A stretch of DNA of 64,000 nt from Vicinamibacterales bacterium. GTDB lineage: Bacteria; Acidobacteriota; Vicinamibacteria; Vicinamibacterales; UBA8438. Position 1 is the first letter of the stretch. The number at the start of each line of letters is the position of its first letter. This document shows, one piece after another, positions 28,067 through 36,928 of this stretch. Below the pieces are notes generated by a model that worked only from the letters and a program-made list of their open reading frames with translations, was not told where the DNA came from and made no database searches. The stretch spans positions 5,186,896 to 5,250,895 of the forward strand of contig OZ244051.1 of the NCBI GenBank assembly GCA_965215105.1, given 5' to 3'. A program made the translations under genes and the position numbers.

Positions 28067-29389
28067 TCAGCGGCCGTTCGCCGCCCTCGGGCGCCGGCGG
28101 CGCATCCCCTGGAGGACGGCGCGCGCGGCCGCCGCCGCCTCGTCCACGTCGCGGGCGGTGTGGGCGGCCGAGAGGAACCAGCCCTCGAACTGGGAGGGCG
28201 GCGGATAGACGCCGCGCGCGAGCATGCCCCGGAAGAACCGCGCGTAGGCGGCGGTGTCGGCGGCGGTGGCGCCCTCGTAGTCGCGCACCGGCGCGGTCGT
28301 GAAGAACGGCGTCAGCACCGAGCCGAGCCGGTTGACCTGCACGTCGACCCCCGCCTCCCGCGCCGCGGCCGCGAGGCCGGCCGCGAGGCGGGCCCCGAGC
28401 TTGTCGAGGCGTGCGTACAGAGCGGGCGTCAGCTTCGACAGGGCCCAGCCGCCCGCGGCCATCGCGAGGGGGTTGCCGGACAGGGTGCCGGCCTGGTACA
28501 CGGGCCCCGCCGGGGCCACCTGCTCCATCAGGTCGCACCGTCCCCCGTAGGCGCCCACCGGCAGCCCGCCGCCGATGATCTTGCCGAGGCAGGTGAGGTC
28601 GGGGCGGACCCCGAAACGCTCCTGGGCCCCGCCGGCGGCGGCGCGGAAGCCGGAGATGACCTCGTCGAAGATCAGGACGGCCCCGTGCTCGTCGCACAGC
28701 CCCCGCAGCCCCGCCAGGAACCCCTCTTCGGGGAGGACGACGCCCATGTTGCCGGCCGCCGGCTCGACGACGAGCGCGGCCACCCGATCCCGATGGCGGC
28801 GGAGGATCCGTTCGACCGAACCCAGGTCGTTGTAGCGCGCCACCAGCGTGTCGGCCGCCACCGATCTCGGGACCCCCGGGCTGGTGGGGACGCCGAGGGT
28901 GGTGGCCCCGGACCCCGCCTGCACGAGAAAGGCGTCGCCGTGGCCGTGATAGCAGCCCGCGAACTTGACGACGCGGTCCCGGCCCGTCGCCGCCCGGGCG
29001 AGCCGCAGCGCGCTCATCGCCGCCTCCGTGCCCGAGTTCACGAACCGCACCCGCTCGAGCGACGGCATGAGCCGCCGCACCGCGGTCCCCAGCTCCACCT
29101 CCGCCGCCGTCGGGGCCCCGAAGCTGGTGCCCTGCTTCGCGGCGGCGGCCAGCACCCGGGTCAGCCCGGCCGGGGCGTGCCCGTGGATGAGGGGCCCCCA
29201 CGACATGACGAAGTCGACGTAGGTGCGGCCGTCCTCGTCCTCGATGCGGGCCCCGCGCCCCCGGCGGATGAACGGCGGGGCGCCGCCGACGGCGGAGAAG
29301 GCGCGGACGGGGCTGTCGACGCCGCCGGGGAGGATCTTCTTCGCGCGGGCGAACAGGCGGGCGGACCGGCGGCGTGCGGCAGAGCTCAT
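28067..29389 (-). CDS. hemL: glutamate-1-semialdehyde 2,1-aminomutase
   Basis: ILPGGVDSPVRAF, FVNSGTEA, FDEVISGFR, and the GKIIGGGLP lysine motif. Confidence 0.95.
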   Translation of the reverse strand: MSSAARRRSARLFARAKKILPGGVDSPVRAFSAVGGAPPFIRRGRGARIEDEDGRTYVDFVMSWGPLIHGHAPAGLTRVLAAAAKQGTSFGAPTAAEVELGTAVRRLMPSLERVRFVNSGTEAAMSALRLARAATGRDRVVKFAGCYHGHGDAFLVQAGSGATTLGVPTSPGVPRSVAADTLVARYNDLGSVERILRRHRDRVAALVVEPAAGNMGVVLPEEGFLAGLRGLCDEHGAVLIFDEVISGFRAAAGGAQERFGVRPDLTCLGKIIGGGLPVGAYGGRCDLMEQVAPAGPVYQAGTLSGNPLAMAAGGWALSKLTPALYARLDKLGARLAAGLAAAAREAGVDVQVNRLGSVLTPFFTTAPVRDYEGATAADTAAYARFFRGMLARGVYPPPSQFEGWFLSAAHTARDVDEAAAAARAVLQGMRRRRPRAANGR

Positions 29390-29699
29390 CGGCGGGGAAC
29401 GATATCACGGCCGGCGGGCGGGCGGTCCGTGGCGGAAACCCCGCGCCGCACCCCGCCCCGGAGGGCGCTGGCGGACTCGCGAGGCGGGATGCATCGCCGC
29501 ATCGATGCCGCGGGGACTTCGCCGCCGGCGGCCGGGCGGGTTGATCGCCCGGCGGCCGGAATGCCAGAATGCGCATATCGAGTAGGGCAGAATCAGCCGG
29601 GCCGCCGGGCGCCTCGCGGCGCCCGGTCCGGCCAAACCGCTCCTCCGGGGGCCCTCGCCGTCCCGTGACGGCGCCTCCCGGATGGACAGGAGACGACGG

Positions 29700-30173
29700 A
29701 TGAGCAGGTGGTTGACCGTGTGCGGTGCGGCGGCGGTGTCGGCGTTCGTGTTCATGGGCGGCGCGGCGGTCGAGACCGCGTCGGGGGTCGGCTCGGCGCT
29801 CCCGGCCGCGATGCAGGAGGCCTCCAGCTCGACCCTCGACGGCGTGTTCACGTCGGCCCAGGCGCGCCGCGGGCGGCGGGTCTACAACCAGAACTGCGCG
29901 TCCTGCCACGGGCAGGAGCTACGGGGCGGCGAGATGGCGCCTAGCGTCGCCGGCGCCGGCTTCATCGTCTACTGGACGGAGGTGCCGGTGGGGGTCCTGT
30001 TCGACCGCATCAAGATGACGATGCCCGAGGACGGGCCGGGGCGGCTGTCCGACGAGGAGTACACCGACGTCGTGGCCTACATGCTCGACCGGAGCGACTA
30101 TCCGTCCGGCGAGACCGAGCTGCCCGCGGACAAGGCGGAGATGGACAAGATCATGATCGTCGCCGCCGAGTGA
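29700..30173 (+). CDS. periplasmic mono-heme c-type cytochrome
   Basis: CASCH heme motif. Signal-like MSRWLTVCGAAAVSAFVFMGG. AGGAGA lies 5 nt before ATG 29700; the track ORF starts at 29682. Confidence 0.8.
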   Translation: MSRWLTVCGAAAVSAFVFMGGAAVETASGVGSALPAAMQEASSSTLDGVFTSAQARRGRRVYNQNCASCHGQELRGGEMAPSVAGAGFIVYWTEVPVGVLFDRIKMTMPEDGPGRLSDEEYTDVVAYMLDRSDYPSGETELPADKAEMDKIMIVAAE

Positions 30174-30209
30174 CGTCGGTGCGGATCGCCGCGGGGGGCG
30201 CCGGCCGCG

Positions 30210-31250
30210 CTATCCTTCCCGCCCCGCCAGGGCGCGGGCCGCCTCCCTGGCGTAGTAGGTGATGACGATGTCGGCGCCGGCCCGGCGGATGGCGGTCAGT
30301 GTCTCCAGCATGACCCGTCGCTCGTCCAGCCAGCCGAGCCGCGCCGCCGCCTTGGCCATCGCGTACTCGCCGCTGACCTGGTAGGCGGCGGTCGGCCGCC
30401 CGAACCGGGTCTTCACCCGGTGAATCACGTCCAGGTAGGGCATGGCGGGCTTGACCATGACGATGTCCGCCCCCTCCTCGATGTCCAGCTCCACCTCGCG
30501 CAGCGCCTCGTCGCTGTTGGCGGGGTCCATCTGGTGGGTCCGCCGGTCGCCGAACGCCGGGGCCGAGTCGGCGGCGTCCCGGAACGGGCCGTAGAAGGCC
30601 GAGCAGTACTTCGCCGCGTAGGACATGATGGACACGTCCTCGAAGCCCCGGGCGTCGAGCCCCTGCCTCATGGCGCCGACCCGCCCGTCCATCATGTCGG
30701 ACGGGGCGACGACGTGGGCGCCGGCCTCGGCGTGCGACACCGCCGTCTCCACGAGGTGGTCGACGGTGACGTCGTTGAGGATGGTCTCGCCGTCGAGGAT
30801 GCCGCAGTGGCCGTGCGACGTGTACTCGCACAGGCAGACGTCGGTGACGACGGCGACGTCGTCGAGCCGGCCGCGTATCGCGCGTACCGCGGTCTGCACC
30901 GGGGCGGCCGGATCGGCGGCGGCGGTGCCGTGCTCGTCCTTGTGGGCGGGCAGCCCGAACAGCAGCACCGCCCGCACCCCGTCCGCGCGCGCCGCGGCGG
31001 CCTCGTCGACCGCCGCGTCGACCGAGAGCTGACAGACCCCCGGCATCGACGGCACCTCCCGCCGCACGCCGCTTCCCTCGCACACGAACAGCGGGTAGAC
31101 GAGGCCGTCGGCCGACAGCCGGGTCTCGCGCACCAGGCCGCGGATGGCGGCGGTGCGGCGCAGCCGGCGGGGGCGGTGCAGGGGGCGGGCGGCGTCCTCA
31201 CCCGGCGCGCGGGCGGCGGGTGCGTCGGCGACGCGGGTGTCGATGGCCAT
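30210..31250 (-). CDS. hemB: porphobilinogen synthase
   Basis: ATG 31250. [14 protein letters not shown] zinc site, active-site lysines in MVKPAM and SYAAKY. Confidence 0.95.
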   Translation of the reverse strand: MAIDTRVADAPAARAPGEDAARPLHRPRRLRRTAAIRGLVRETRLSADGLVYPLFVCEGSGVRREVPSMPGVCQLSVDAAVDEAAAARADGVRAVLLFGLPAHKDEHGTAAADPAAPVQTAVRAIRGRLDDVAVVTDVCLCEYTSHGHCGILDGETILNDVTVDHLVETAVSHAEAGAHVVAPSDMMDGRVGAMRQGLDARGFEDVSIMSYAAKYCSAFYGPFRDAADSAPAFGDRRTHQMDPANSDEALREVELDIEEGADIVMVKPAMPYLDVIHRVKTRFGRPTAAYQVSGEYAMAKAAARLGWLDERRVMLETLTAIRRAGADIVITYYAREAARALAGREG

Positions 31251-32261
31251 CAGGCTTCCTCCTTCGTGCCCCGCGGGGGGGGGCCCAGGCGTTCGACGAT
31301 CGCCCCGAGCAGGGCCGGCACCGTGGACTCGGCGGGCATGATCGTGGTGGCGATGTCCAGCCGGCCCGCGGCCTCGGCCGTCACCGGGCCGATGCACGCG
31401 ACCTCGACCCGCCGCAGCAGGTCCGCCGCCCGACGCTCGCCGATTGCCCGCGCGAGGTTCCTGACGCTGGATCCGCTCGTGAACGTGACGACGTCCACGC
31501 GGCGCTCGCGCAGCAACCGGCGGATGTCGGGTCCCTCCCGGTCGAGGTCGGCCGGCACCGTGCGGTAGGCGGTCACCGCGGTGACCTCGGCCCCGGCCCG
31601 CCCGAGCTCCGCCGGCAGCACGTCTCGCGCCAGGTCTCCGCGCGGCAGCAGCACCCGGACCCCCGTCAGGTCGCCCTGCCCGCGCAGGGCGCGGATGACG
31701 CCTTCGGCCCGGTACTCGTCCGGCACCAGATCGACCCGCAGCCCGCGACCGGCGAGGGCCTCGGCGGTGGCCGCGCCGACCGCGCAGAGGCGGCGGCCAT
31801 CCAGGTCGCGGAGCCCGCCGGGAACGGCGGCCAGGCGCGCCGCGACGCGGGCCACCGCGTTGACGCTCGTGAACACGACCCAGTCGAACGTCCCGATGCG
31901 GTCGCACGCGGCGTCCAACGGCCCCGGGTCCTCGGGGGGCGCGATGGCGATGGTCGGCACCTCGATCGCCTCGGCTCCCAGACGCTGGAGCCGCGCCACC
32001 ATCTCCGCCGCCTGCGCCCTCGCGCGGGTCACGACCACCCGCACCCCGGCGAGGGGAAGCGTCGCGGGGCGTGCCCCGGCCCGGGTGGCGGCCGCGTGGC
32101 CGCCTTCCCGCGCGAGGCGCGCCGTCGATGCCCGGCAACGCTCGACCTCCGGCGCGGCGGCCGTGTCGCGCAGCCGGGTCGGGTCGAGTCCCGGCCGCGG
32201 AGGCACCGGCCCGGCGGCGGCCGCGAATCGCCGTTTCCCCTCGGAGGTGCGGTTGGTCATG
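31250..32261 (-). CDS. hemD: uroporphyrinogen-III synthase (start uncertain)
   Basis: [13 protein letters not shown]...FTSVNAV...VTFTSGSSV pattern. ATG 32261 gives 336 aa with a 72-aa N-terminal extension; GTG 32044 would give a canonical 264 aa. Stop overlaps the hemB ATG. Confidence 0.75.
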
Positions 32262-32404
32262 AGCCTGATCGAGGGCCCGCTTCGCAGCCATCGTAGCATC
32301 GAAGACGGGGTAGAGTAAGCAGAGCCGGCGGGCTCGGTCGAGCGGCAGGACGGCCGCCCCCCGGCGCTCTCGTTCGGCATGGCCGTTCCCTGGAGGCACC
32401 GAAG

Positions 32405-33373
32405 ATGAGCACGATCTCTCTCGCCGCCGTGGCCCGTGGCCTCGACGCCATGCTGGACGGCCAGATGACCGCGCAGGCGCGCATCGCCGCGCACCTGGTC
32501 GCGGCCGAGGAGGCGGCCGGGCACGACGCGGCGCGGGTCGTCGAGACCCTCGACGCGGTCGTGGCGGACACCGTCCTCGACGAGGTGTGGATCACCGACG
32601 AGCGGGGCGTGGTCTATCTCACCAACGTGCGGGACGACTCGGGCGCGCCCATGCCGTTCGAGTTCCATCCCGATCCCGCGCTGCAGCCCCAGGCCTGGGA
32701 GTTCCACGCGCTCCTGTCGTTGCCCGTCGACGCCGACGGCGTCGTCGCCCAGGCCGCGCAGGTGCGGGAGATCGACAACGAGGTCTACAAGTACGTGGGG
32801 GTCGGCGGCGTCGACCGGCGCCGGGTCGTGCAGGTCGGCAACGCGCTCGCGTTCGAGGAGCAGGCGCCGAGCGACGCGTACACGTCGCCGGTGATGACCG
32901 CGGTGCTGGCGGCGTTCGGCGAGCCCGAGCTGCTGAGCGCCGCTCACACCGACAAGCTCGCCGAGATCCGGCCTGTCTTCGAGGCGATTCTCGGCCGGCA
33001 GATGGTGGTCCAGGCCACGCTCGTGGGTGCCTTCGCGGCCGGCGCCGAGGCGGCCGGGTGGCCGCCGGACGAGGTCGACGCGAGGCTGCGGCGCATCGTG
33101 CGATCGAGCCCCACCGGCGAGATTCGAGTCCTGGCGCCGGGTGGCGGCGCGATCTACTCGAGCGGTTCGACCGGCGGCGGCGATGCGGGGCCGGGGCCGG
33201 CCGGGGGGCGGAGCGTCGCCGAGCACCCCGTCGCGCCCCGCGCGTCCGACGGCGTCCTCTACAAGTACGTCGAGACGGCGGGCGCGAGGTCGGGGCAGGT
33301 CGTGCGGGTGGGGCTTCCGATCGACGACGGCTCGCTCGTCTCCCCCCGGTTCGACGCGGGCGCCGCGGGTTGA
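32405..33373 (+). CDS. hypothetical cytoplasmic protein made of two homologous ~160-aa halves (Cache/PDC-like by eye)
   Basis: 322 aa with strong GC3 bias. [15 protein letters not shown]...[15 protein letters not shown]...VYKYVGVGG...VVQVG repeats as [15 protein letters not shown]...[15 protein letters not shown]...LYKYVETAG...VVRVG. No TM segment and no recognisable output domain. Confidence 0.6.
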   Translation: MSTISLAAVARGLDAMLDGQMTAQARIAAHLVAAEEAAGHDAARVVETLDAVVADTVLDEVWITDERGVVYLTNVRDDSGAPMPFEFHPDPALQPQAWEFHALLSLPVDADGVVAQAAQVREIDNEVYKYVGVGGVDRRRVVQVGNALAFEEQAPSDAYTSPVMTAVLAAFGEPELLSAAHTDKLAEIRPVFEAILGRQMVVQATLVGAFAAGAEAAGWPPDEVDARLRRIVRSSPTGEIRVLAPGGGAIYSSGSTGGGDAGPGPAGGRSVAEHPVAPRASDGVLYKYVETAGARSGQVVRVGLPIDDGSLVSPRFDAGAAG

Positions 33374-33473
33374 TCGGCCGTCGCCGGCCGCGGCGCGTTG
33401 CGCGGCTTCCGGGATGCGGGCGGATCAGCCGTCGCCGGCCGCGGCGCGTTGCGCGGCTTCCAGGATCGGGCCG
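33372..33473. repeat. 51-bp tandem duplication of the hemC 3' end
   Basis: gatcGgccgtcgccggccgcggcgcgttgcgcggcttccGggat... (33372-33422) versus gatcAgccgtcgccggccgcggcgcgttgcgcggcttccAggat... (33423-33473). The hemC stop tca (33425-33427) reads tcg in the distal copy. Confidence 0.9.
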
Positions 33474-34390
33474 GCGCCGTCCGCGAGCAGGCCGCGGGCG
33501 ACGGCGCCGCCCAGGGTCTCGGCCGCGTCGGCGGACATCGCGGCCTCGCGGCGGAGGTGTTGCGCCCCGTCGAGGGACGCCACCATCGCCCGCAGGCGCA
33601 GCCGGTCGCCGTCGCTCTCCGCGAGGGCGCCGATCGGCGCGTGGCACCCGCCGCCGAGGGCGGCGACGAGGGCGCGCTCGGCCGTGAGCGCGGCGCGCGT
33701 CGGGGCGTCGTCGACGGCGGCGAGGGCGGACCCGGTGTCCGCGTCGCCGGCGCGGGTCTCGACGGCGACGATGCCCTGCCCCGGGGCGGGCAGGCAGGTG
33801 TCGGCGTCGATGGGCATGGAGACGCGGTCGGCGAGGCCCAGCCGCTCCAGACCCGCCACCGCCAGCACGAGCAGGTCGTAGTCGCCCGCGTCCAGCTTGC
33901 GGAGCCGGGTCCCGACGTTGCCCCGCACGAGCCGGAACTCGGCGCGTGGCCACGCCCGGCGCAACTGCGCGACCCGTCGGACGCTGCCGCTGCCGACGCG
34001 GGGGGCGGCGCCCCCGTCGGGGCCGTGCCCCACCGCCGACAGCGCGAGCGGCCGCGCCGCTCCCGCCGGCAGCACGACGGCGTCGCGGGCATCCGCCCGC
34101 GGCAGGACCGCGGCGATCTCGAGGCCGTCCGGCAGCTCCGCCGGCATGTCCTTGGCGCTGTGCACGGCGAGGTCGACGTCGCCGCCGGCGAGCGCCTGCT
34201 CGATCTCCTTCACGAAGACCCGCTTGCCGCCGACCTGCGACAGATTGGCCTCGCGGAGCCGGTCGCCGGTGGTGGTGATGACCACCAGCTCGCACTCCCG
34301 CCCGCTCCGGGCGCGAACCCGGGCCGCCACCGCGTTGGCCTGCCACAGGGCGAGCTCGCTCCCGCGGGTCCCGAGCCTCAAGCGGTTCAC
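33425..34390 (-). CDS. hemC: hydroxymethylbilane synthase
   Basis: GTG start 34390 overlaps the hemA stop (GTGA). RLGTRGSELALWQA, HSAKDMP, GGGCHAPIG motifs. Confidence 0.92.
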   Translation of the reverse strand: MNRLRLGTRGSELALWQANAVAARVRARSGRECELVVITTTGDRLREANLSQVGGKRVFVKEIEQALAGGDVDLAVHSAKDMPAELPDGLEIAAVLPRADARDAVVLPAGAARPLALSAVGHGPDGGAAPRVGSGSVRRVAQLRRAWPRAEFRLVRGNVGTRLRKLDAGDYDLLVLAVAGLERLGLADRVSMPIDADTCLPAPGQGIVAVETRAGDADTGSALAAVDDAPTRAALTAERALVAALGGGCHAPIGALAESDGDRLRLRAMVASLDGAQHLRREAAMSADAAETLGGAVARGLLADGAGPILEAAQRAAAGDG

Positions 34391-35757
34391 GACGCCACCG
34401 GGGTCTTCGACGGCGCGGAGGGCGGGGGGGCCTCGCCGATCCCGACGGCGCGGGAGGGGGTGGCGGACCCGCTCTCCCTGGGGCCGGACCCGTTCCCGTC
34501 GAGGTCGAAGAGCCGGGTCACGGCCTCCGCGTACTGGGCCGCGGTCGCCGCGTCGCCGGCCGACTTCAGGCGCTCGGTCGGGGTCAGCAGCAGCTTCTGG
34601 ACGAGGAGCCGCGTGATCTCCTCGACCCGCGCCCGGGCCTCGGGGGTGAACCGGCTCAGCTTCGGCTCCAGCCGTTCGAGCTCGGCGAGGCGGACCGCCT
34701 CGAAGCGGCGCCGCAGGGCGACCACGGTGGGTATGGCCCCGCGCGAGCGCAGCCATGCCGCGAACTCCCCGGCCGCGTCCGAGACCATCGCCTCGGCCCG
34801 GGTCGTCTGCTCCTGCCGCCGGGCCAGGTTCTCGCTGACGATGGCGCGCAGGTCGTCGATGTTGTAGAGGAACACCTGCTCCAGCTCGCCGCAGTCGGGG
34901 TCCACGTCGCGCGGGAGGCCGATGTCGATGACGAACAGCGGCCGGTTCCGGCGCGCGCGCATGACCTCCTCGAGCCGCGCCCGGGTCAGGACGGGGGTGG
35001 CGGCGCCGGTGGCCGTCACCACCACGTCCACCTGCAGCAGCTCGTCGTCGACGGCCGACCAGTCCACCGCGACCCCCTCCACCTTGGCGGCGAGGTCGGA
35101 GGCCCGCGCGAGGGTGCGGCTGGCGACCGCGATGCGCCGCACGCGCCGCGACCGCAGGTGGGTCGCGGTCAGCTCGGCCATCTCGCCCGCTCCCGCCACG
35201 AGCACCGAGAGTCCCTCGAGGTCGCCGAAGATCTTCCGGGCGAGCGAGATCGCGGCGTAGCCGACCGACACCGCCCCTTCGCCCAGTCCGGTGTCGGCGC
35301 GGACCCGCTTGCCGACCGCGAACGACCACGGGAAGAGCTTGTTCAGCAGGGTGCCGGTGCACTGCTCGCTCGCCGCGATGGCGTAGGCGTCCTTGACCTG
35401 GCCGAAGATCTGCGGCTCGCCGACCACGAGCGAGTCGAGGCCGGCCGCGACCCGGAACAGGTGCTGCGCGACCTCGCTGTCGGTCCGCGCGTACAGATGC
35501 GGCGCCAACTGGTCTTCGGGAACCTCGTGGAACCGGCTCATGAAGCCGGCGAGGTCGTCGCGCGCGGCCTCGGGGTCCGGGCACGCCACGTAGATCTCGG
35601 ACCGGTTGCAGGTCGTCAGCACCACCGACTCGGCCGGCGAGGGGCGCAGCGCGAGCTCCCGCAGCGCGGTCACGACGCCGCGCTTCGAGAAGTCGACCCG
35701 CTCGCGCAGGTCGACCGGCGCCGTGTGGTGGCTCACGCCCAGCAGCAGCAGGTTCAT
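34387..35757 (-). CDS. hemA: glutamyl-tRNA reductase
   Basis: LLLLGVSHHTAPVDLRE, TCNRSEIY, GEPQIFGQVK, AGAGEMAEL motifs. Confidence 0.95.
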   Translation of the reverse strand: MNLLLLGVSHHTAPVDLRERVDFSKRGVVTALRELALRPSPAESVVLTTCNRSEIYVACPDPEAARDDLAGFMSRFHEVPEDQLAPHLYARTDSEVAQHLFRVAAGLDSLVVGEPQIFGQVKDAYAIAASEQCTGTLLNKLFPWSFAVGKRVRADTGLGEGAVSVGYAAISLARKIFGDLEGLSVLVAGAGEMAELTATHLRSRRVRRIAVASRTLARASDLAAKVEGVAVDWSAVDDELLQVDVVVTATGAATPVLTRARLEEVMRARRNRPLFVIDIGLPRDVDPDCGELEQVFLYNIDDLRAIVSENLARRQEQTTRAEAMVSDAAGEFAAWLRSRGAIPTVVALRRRFEAVRLAELERLEPKLSRFTPEARARVEEITRLLVQKLLLTPTERLKSAGDAATAAQYAEAVTRLFDLDGNGSGPRESGSATPSRAVGIGEAPPPSAPSKTPVAS

Positions 35758-35764
35758 GCCCGGA

Positions 35765-36586
35765 TCAGAAGTTGTGGCTCTCCGTCAGGAAGTACCCCAC
35801 CGGCACCAGGGTCACGAGGACGATGGAGAATCCCAGCGCGGACAGCCAGGCGGCGCGGCGGCCGGTCCATCCGATGGCCCGGCGGGCGTAGAGCTCGAAC
35901 GCGTAGACGGCCCAGACCAGCACCACCATGAAGATCTTCGGATCGGAGAGCGACATCGCGAGCACGCGGGGGTCCGACGTGCCGGGCTGGAGCCGCAGCA
36001 CCCACACCACGCCGACGGCGAGGCCGGCGGTCAGGAAGAGCCACCCGATGCCCACCGCGCGTCCGTTCATCGCGTCCACCGCGTGCAGGGACGGCAGCCT
36101 GGCCGCGAAGAACCCGAGCTGCTTGGACTTCAGCTCGCGGAACAGCAGGACGTAGGTGATGCTCACCACGCACGCGAGCGCGAAGGCGGCGTAGGCGAAC
36201 AGCAGCGAGAGCACGTGGGCGGCGAGCAGGGGGCTGTCGAGGATGGGGGCGGGCTCGCTCACCGTCCCGCTCAGGCTCGAGATGGTCTCCAGTCCCACCA
36301 GCAGCGGCGCGATGAACACGCCGAGGGCGCGCTCGTCGGTGGTGACCTCGGTGTAGAGGTAGGCGACCGCGAGCATCCACACGAACGCGGAGATCGCCGA
36401 TGCCGTGTCCACGAACGGGAGGTGGCCTATTTCGACCGTCCGCATGCCGATGACGAACGTGTGGATGAAGGCGGCGGCGGACAGCGAGGCGGTCGCGAGG
36501 CGTCCCGCGCGCGTGCTGCGCCGGACGAAGAACACGGCGTAGACGATGCCCGCGGTGAAGTAGAGCAGGAGCGGGAGAATCGACAT
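35765..36586 (-). CDS. cytochrome c assembly family membrane protein, HemX-like (CcsA fold, degenerate Trp-rich motif)
   Basis: 273 aa, ~8 TM helices. Sits immediately upstream of hemA, like B. subtilis hemX. SLSDPKIFMVVLVW stands where CcsA has WGxxWxWDPKExW. Confidence 0.8.
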   Translation of the reverse strand: MSILPLLLYFTAGIVYAVFFVRRSTRAGRLATASLSAAAFIHTFVIGMRTVEIGHLPFVDTASAISAFVWMLAVAYLYTEVTTDERALGVFIAPLLVGLETISSLSGTVSEPAPILDSPLLAAHVLSLLFAYAAFALACVVSITYVLLFRELKSKQLGFFAARLPSLHAVDAMNGRAVGIGWLFLTAGLAVGVVWVLRLQPGTSDPRVLAMSLSDPKIFMVVLVWAVYAFELYARRAIGWTGRRAAWLSALGFSIVLVTLVPVGYFLTESHNF

Positions 36587-36685
36587 GGGTTCGTGACCGT
36601 TCCGCCCGGCCGGGGCCCCGGGGCCGCATCCGGGCGCCGCCGGGCGGCCGGGCCGGCGGTGGTCGCCCGCGGCTCCGCTCGGCTA

Positions 36686-36769
36686 GCCCGCCAATCGTCG
36701 CCTGCGGCTCCGCTTGGCGCCCAACCACCCCTGCCAGGAGTCTGCACCGTTCTACGGCGCAGACTCCTA
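36686..36769 (-). repeat. single inverted-orientation copy of the 83-bp hairpin repeat, plus a partial copy at 36662-36685
   Basis: gcccgccaatcgtcgcctgcggctccgcttggcgcccaaccacccctgccaggagtctgcaccgttctacggcgcagactcct is the reverse complement of the array consensus with a few substitutions. Confidence 0.85.
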
Positions 36770-36928
36770 GTGTACTGTCCCCGAAATTCGCATTACAACG
36801 AGTGCCACCCGTGCCGATGCCGATGACCGACCGAGACGTGACGTCCCCGGGCGAACGGGGCAGATCACGGTGAACGGGACCAGCTTGCGGGAGCGCAGAA
36901 TCATGTTGCGAACTTGCGAGACGGCACA

